Source: Hormoscilla sp.
GTDB lineage: Bacteria; Cyanobacteriota; Cyanobacteriia; Cyanobacteriales; Desertifilaceae
NCBI GenBank assembly: GCA_051439505.1
Contig: JBFRWI010000229.1
Location: 1 to 10,487 of the forward strand
Direction of reading: 5' to 3'
Length of the DNA stretch: 10,487 nucleotides
Shown here: positions 6,264 to 10,487 of the stretch, piece after piece
Numbering within the stretch: the first letter of the stretch is position 1
How the letters are laid out: every line of letters begins with the position of its first letter
The notes under the pieces: generated by a model
Databases searched by the model: none
What the model was told of the DNA's origin: nothing
Seen by the model: only the letters and a program-made list of their open reading frames with translations
Position numbers and translations under genes: made by a program

Positions 6264-7844
6264 ATGAAAAGTAAATTCCAGTTTTCAATCATCGTGTTGT
6301 TGCTGCTGGGAGTATTTTTTAGATTCATCAATATTGACGGAAAAATTTACTGGCTAGATGAGACATTTACCTCCCTACGAGTTTCTGGCTATACAGCAAC
6401 GGAATTGGTTGAAATCATCCCCAAATATCAGGTACTGACGGTTGAAGAGCTACAAAAGTATTACCATCCGAGTCCTGAACGAGACTTTACAGACGTTGCC
6501 AAGGCTTTAGCGGGAAATGCCGAACATGCGCCTCTATATTTCGTGATGGTGCGATTTTGGCGAGAATGGTTTGGTAGTTCAGTAGCAGCAACTCGCAGTT
6601 TATCAGCCGTGATTAGCTTGCTGACATTACCTTGCATATACTGGCTATGTATAGAACTATTTGAATCATCCTTAACTGGATGGGTGGCAGTTGGGTTATT
6701 AGCGATTTCACCTTTTCAGGTTCTCTACGCTCAAGAAGCACGGCAATATAGCCTGTATATCGTCGTGACTCTGCTATCAAGTGCTGCCCTACTGAGATCC
6801 TTACGCCTGCAAAAACAATCAACAGACCTCAAATCTCGCATCAAGAACTGGGGGTTGTATGCAGTTACCCTAGCTTTTGGTTTCTATACTCATCTGCTGT
6901 TTGCTTTAGTGGCTATGGCCCATGTAGTATATGTATTATATATGGAAGGCAAGCGCTTTAGTCAAACCATCAAAGCTTATTTTCTAGCTTCTTTAGTTGG
7001 AGTGCTAGCCTTTGTCCCCTGGATTATGGTAATTATTGTTAACTTGAAAAAAGTTATATATGCGACTAGCTGGCAAAATCAACCCCAAAGACCCCCGTTA
7101 ACTCTTTATGTAAAAAGTTGGTTAGGTAATATCACTCGTCAGTTTGTTGATTTTGGCTTAAGCTCGGACAATTCATCTCTAGCAGTAAAAGCATTTATAC
7201 CCATAATTATAATTATTGTGCTCCTGTTTATATATGCAGTGTATTTTGCATATAAATATAGCCCAAAACGAATCTTTCTATTTTTAGTGACCTTAAGCGT
7301 GGTTCCCTGGTTAGTGCTGGCATTGCCAGATTTAATTTCTGGTTCAACTCGTTCTAACGTGCAACGGTATATCATACCCTGTTTTTTGGGAATTCAGCTA
7401 GCGGTGGCTTACTTGCTGGCAACTTGCAGTGCTAACAGGCATAGGTCATGGTTGCCGAAAGTGATGATGGTGACCTTGTTCTCCCTGGGGATTATTTCCT
7501 GTAGTATGAGCGCTCAGGCAGAGACTTGGTGGAATAAGCGATCGGACTCTAATGTCCTGGAAGTGGCGCCCATCATTAACCAAAGTAGCCATCCGCTAGT
7601 GATTACCAAGGCTAAAGGGGGAATGCGGATAGCGCCTCTAAGTTATCGACTAGACCCTGATGTTAATATTTTATTGATTCAATCAAGTTTACCGGACATC
7701 CCAGAGGGTTTCAGGGAAGTCTTTTTGTATGCTCCAGGGCCAACCTTAATATCTGAAATTGAGCAGCAGTACAATTTTGTGCCAGTCAGCAAGAGTGAAA
7801 ACCCCAGGACAGGGTTAGCATGGCTGTGGAAACTGGAAAGATAA
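6264..7844 (+). CDS. GT-C fold membrane glycosyltransferase (GT39/PMT_2, ArnT/mannosyltransferase-like)
   Basis: Many hydrophobic segments. YWLDE acidic motif after TM1, EHAPLYF, RSLSAV, YAQEARQYSL, YTH and RYIIP. Start reassigned to ATG 6264 because 6138-6203 of the ORF-track call lies in the duplicated fragment. Confidence 0.9.
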   Translation: MKSKFQFSIIVLLLLGVFFRFINIDGKIYWLDETFTSLRVSGYTATELVEIIPKYQVLTVEELQKYYHPSPERDFTDVAKALAGNAEHAPLYFVMVRFWREWFGSSVAATRSLSAVISLLTLPCIYWLCIELFESSLTGWVAVGLLAISPFQVLYAQEARQYSLYIVVTLLSSAALLRSLRLQKQSTDLKSRIKNWGLYAVTLAFGFYTHLLFALVAMAHVVYVLYMEGKRFSQTIKAYFLASLVGVLAFVPWIMVIIVNLKKVIYATSWQNQPQRPPLTLYVKSWLGNITRQFVDFGLSSDNSSLAVKAFIPIIIIIVLLFIYAVYFAYKYSPKRIFLFLVTLSVVPWLVLALPDLISGSTRSNVQRYIIPCFLGIQLAVAYLLATCSANRHRSWLPKVMMVTLFSLGIISCSMSAQAETWWNKRSDSNVLEVAPIINQSSHPLVITKAKGGMRIAPLSYRLDPDVNILLIQSSLPDIPEGFREVFLYAPGPTLISEIEQQYNFVPVSKSENPRTGLAWLWKLER

Positions 7845-7854
7845 TAAATTAGGT

Positions 7855-8811
7855 ATGAACGCCCCCCTCAAGCTCACGGTCAAGCGCCTCAAACCATACC
7901 TGCGGTGGGTAATATTAGGTGGGACGATATTCTTCTTGGCCAAAGCGTTGAAGGATAACTGGCAGGAAGTGCTGACGATCGCCCTAGGCAGGTGGGGATG
8001 GTTCTGGGAGGCGATCGCCCTTAGTGTAACCCTGTTGGCCCATATCTGGTCTGGCTGGATCTGGGGTTTGATTTTGCGGGAATTCGATCAACCAGTAGGA
8101 AATCTCTGGAGCATCAGAGTTTACCTGATCACTAACATTGCCAAATATTTGCCAGGAAACCTTTGGCATTTCTATGGTAGAATCAGGGCAGCCATAGGGG
8201 TAGGGGTGCCGGTGACAGTAGCGACCTTAAGTACGTTAATGGAACCCCTGCTGATGGCAGCAGCAGCCCTGATAGTTGCCTCGATCGCCAGTCCCCAAAC
8301 CCAGGGAATCCTACCATTACCGATTATAACAATGGTTACGATCGGGGTTCATCCGAGAGTATTAAACCCAGTACTGAAGCAGTTGGCTTCATGGAAAGAC
8401 AAAGGAAAACCGCAAGTCAAGGCTGCCAGCGTTAGCAAAAGGATCCAGTTGCAGCGCTACCCCTGGCGACCCCTGCTGGGAGAAATGGGCTTTCTCGGAC
8501 TCCGAGGGATGGGGTTTTTATTCGCTATGTATGGTTTACATCCGATCGCTCCTGGACAAATTCCCCTCCTCATGAGTGCATTTAGTTTAGCATGGCTGCT
8601 AGGTCTGGTGCTCCCAGGAGCACCGGGAGGAATTGGCATATTTGAAGCAACAGCGATCGCCCTACTGGAGGGAGAGTTTTCCCCAGCCATTATCCTGAGT
8701 GGGGTAGCCCTGTATCGTGTTATCAGTATTCTGGCAGAAATTGGCGGTGCTCTTTTAGCGTGGTGGCATAAACCTGGAAGTGCTGGAGACCCATTAGGGA
8801 ACTCCAAGTAA
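7855..8811 (+). CDS. UPF0104 / lysylphosphatidylglycerol synthase TM-domain protein (putative flippase)
   Basis: 318-aa polytopic protein with NIAKYLPGNLWHFYGR, PGAPGGIGIFE and LYRVI motifs. Starts 10 bp after the GT-C stop codon. Confidence 0.88.
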   Translation: MNAPLKLTVKRLKPYLRWVILGGTIFFLAKALKDNWQEVLTIALGRWGWFWEAIALSVTLLAHIWSGWIWGLILREFDQPVGNLWSIRVYLITNIAKYLPGNLWHFYGRIRAAIGVGVPVTVATLSTLMEPLLMAAAALIVASIASPQTQGILPLPIITMVTIGVHPRVLNPVLKQLASWKDKGKPQVKAASVSKRIQLQRYPWRPLLGEMGFLGLRGMGFLFAMYGLHPIAPGQIPLLMSAFSLAWLLGLVLPGAPGGIGIFEATAIALLEGEFSPAIILSGVALYRVISILAEIGGALLAWWHKPGSAGDPLGNSK

Positions 8812-8935
8812 ATAATCATCCAAAATTATCCAGTGGTCTAGATACACCGGTTGCTGCTGCGCTCGAAATTGGGTACTTGATTTTTGGGAACTCCCTTAGC
8901 TTAAAATCAGATCGATCGGTCAACGGTATAGCTCA

Positions 8936-9937
8936 TTGTTTCCCCAACAAACCCAGGAAGCCCCTATTATCACCCCTGTCCAACCGGAAGTCTCAGTTGT
9001 AGTACCGGTCTACAATGAGTCAGAAAGTTTGCCCCACCTGATAGAGGCGATCGCCAATACCCTAACAGAAACACAGATACTTTACGAAATCATCTGTGTA
9101 GATGACGGCTCCACAGATGGGTCAAGCACATTACTTACCCAATTAGCACAGAAGATCCCAAACCTCAAAGGCATCCTGCTACGCCGTAACTACGGTCAAA
9201 CTGCCGCAATGGCCGCTGGATTTAAATATGCCCAAGGCAAAGTCATTGTCTCCTTAGATGCTGACTTACAGAATGACCCAGATGATATTCCCCTGCTTCT
9301 GGACAAGTTGGCAGAGGGGTATGACCTAGTCAGCGGTTGGCGCAAGAACCGGCAGGATGCGGCCCTGACTCGCCTGCTTCCTTCCCAAATTGCCAACTGG
9401 TTGATCGGGAAAGTTACAGGAGTAAAGATCCACGACTACGGTTGTTCCCTGAAAGCTTACCGGTCGGAACTGGTAGCGGATATGAATCTTTATGGGGAGT
9501 TGCACAGATTTTTACCGGCTCTGGCATTTATTGAAGGCGCGAGAATTGCCGAGTTGCCGGTCCGTCACCACGCCCGTCGCTATGGTCGCAGTAAGTACGG
9601 CTTAGGACGGACCTTCCGGGTGTTGATGGATTTATTGACCATTTGGTTCATCAAAAAATTCCTCACCCGCCCCATGCATATCTTTGGCTCGATGGGTTTA
9701 CTCTCGATTCTGTTGGGAGTGGCCCTAGGGGTATATCTGACGGTGCTCAAGCTAGCATTGGGAGAGGACATCGGCGGCAGACCACTGCTGATTCTAGCGG
9801 TAGTGCTCCTAGTGACCGGCGTGCAGTTGTTTTGCTTCGGTCTGTTGGGGGAACTGTTGATGCGGACTTACCACGAATCTCAGGACAGACCTATCTATAG
9901 AGTGAGAGCAGTGGTTGGGCAAAATTTCGGTGAGTGA
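8936..9937 (+). CDS. Polyprenol-phosphate glycosyltransferase, GT2 (DPM1-like/ArnC/GtrB-type)
   Basis: SVVVPVYNESE, VDDGSTDGS, RNYGQTAAMAAG, LDADLQNDP, DLVSGWR, HDYGCSLKAYR, GELHRFLP, R.YG.SKY and two C-terminal TM helices. TTG start; exact start uncertain. Confidence 0.93.
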   Translation: MFPQQTQEAPIITPVQPEVSVVVPVYNESESLPHLIEAIANTLTETQILYEIICVDDGSTDGSSTLLTQLAQKIPNLKGILLRRNYGQTAAMAAGFKYAQGKVIVSLDADLQNDPDDIPLLLDKLAEGYDLVSGWRKNRQDAALTRLLPSQIANWLIGKVTGVKIHDYGCSLKAYRSELVADMNLYGELHRFLPALAFIEGARIAELPVRHHARRYGRSKYGLGRTFRVLMDLLTIWFIKKFLTRPMHIFGSMGLLSILLGVALGVYLTVLKLALGEDIGGRPLLILAVVLLVTGVQLFCFGLLGELLMRTYHESQDRPIYRVRAVVGQNFGE

Positions 9938-10416
9938 CCAGTGGCCCCTTGAAGATCTGAACTTTTCGATGGGTGTGGGCTTTTACTGCGAACGCCGGTC
10001 ACTTATATGGCCTGGGCTAAGGATATTTGTCTATATTTGTCAGGTAGCAAATAGAAGTTATGTATTCCGACAATGAGGGTGAGGAACTGGTCCGAGTCTA
10101 GACCACGCGGGGGCTCCGAAGATTTCTGCCCGCAGGGAAAATAGGTAAAAATGCCATTGTCAAGAATGAATTCAACCTGGTAGAGTAATAGATATAAGCA
10201 AAAAACCCAGGCCATCGGATAGTTTAAAGATTTGATGAAGTATTGCTCAAGTAGTAGACAGTCAGGGAGCACCTAGGTTAGAAATAGATATAGCAGGAGT
10301 AGCGAAGTTTAATTTTAGGCGCATTAACGCGCTACAAATATTAGCAGCAGACCGAAAAACAGCATCAAAGAGTAGAATCATTACAATAGAGTCAGAAGGT
10401 TATCAAGGAGAAAACC

Positions 10417-10487
10417 ATGAATTTTCTGCAAAAACTCACAACGATTACAACGGTGACGACGATCGCCACCCTCACAGCAGGTACAGC
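10417..10487 (+). CDS. 5' end of a probable secreted protein (signal-peptide-like N-terminus), truncated by the window end
   Basis: AAGGAG (10405-10410), 6 nt, ATG 10417: MNFLQKLTTITTVTTIATLTAGT, open to the window end. One basic residue followed by an uncharged Thr/aliphatic stretch. Confidence 0.6.
   Translation, partial: MNFLQKLTTITTVTTIATLTAGT

Larger units (their letters stand above)
1956..9054. repeat. Dispersed HIP1 octamers (GCGATCGC)
   Basis: Exact copies at 1956, 2430, 6121, 8011, 8653 and 9047, plus many one-mismatch variants. Well above chance for an 8-mer in 10 kb and typical of cyanobacteria. Confidence 0.9.

Noticed and set aside
5250..9900. Short antisense or alternative-frame ORFs within or next to the plus-strand genes (5250, 5943, 6086, 6613, 7139, 7984, 8457, 9196, 9337, 9580, 9643)
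   Set aside because: Shadows of real CDSs or of the pseudogene fragment; no independent coding evidence.
9938..10400. 89-aa minus-strand ORF (10003-10272), possible riboswitch, and weak hairpins (GCGGG...CCCGC near 10107-10133; GTAGCG...CGCTAC at 10299-10335)
   Set aside because: The ORF has a non-ATG start and no motif. The stems are only 5-6 bp and I could not match any riboswitch consensus; an Rfam scan would settle it.

Overview
Cyanobacterial-type DNA (at least six exact HIP1 GCGATCGC octamers) containing a cell-surface glycosylation locus. Minus strand: a GT2 glycosyltransferase, an 863-aa DUF4347/beta-helix/choice-of-anchor-Q protein with a dockerin-like C-terminus, and the 5' end of a sulfotransferase that is missing from the ORF track. 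Plus strand: a DxD-motif (GT8-like) transferase, then a GT-C (GT39/PMT-like) membrane transferase, a UPF0104 flippase-like protein and a polyprenol-phosphate GT2, which together look like a three-component lipid-linked glycosylation module. The window ends in the start of a probable secreted protein. Non-coding structure includes a 152-bp MITE with perfect 14-bp TIRs and a 9-bp target duplication, a second degenerate TA-flanked MITE-like element directly behind a perfect TTGACA-17-TATAAT promoter, and a decayed duplicate of the flippase 5' end that places the GT-C gene between direct repeats. All family calls come from motif recognition by eye; no searches were run.
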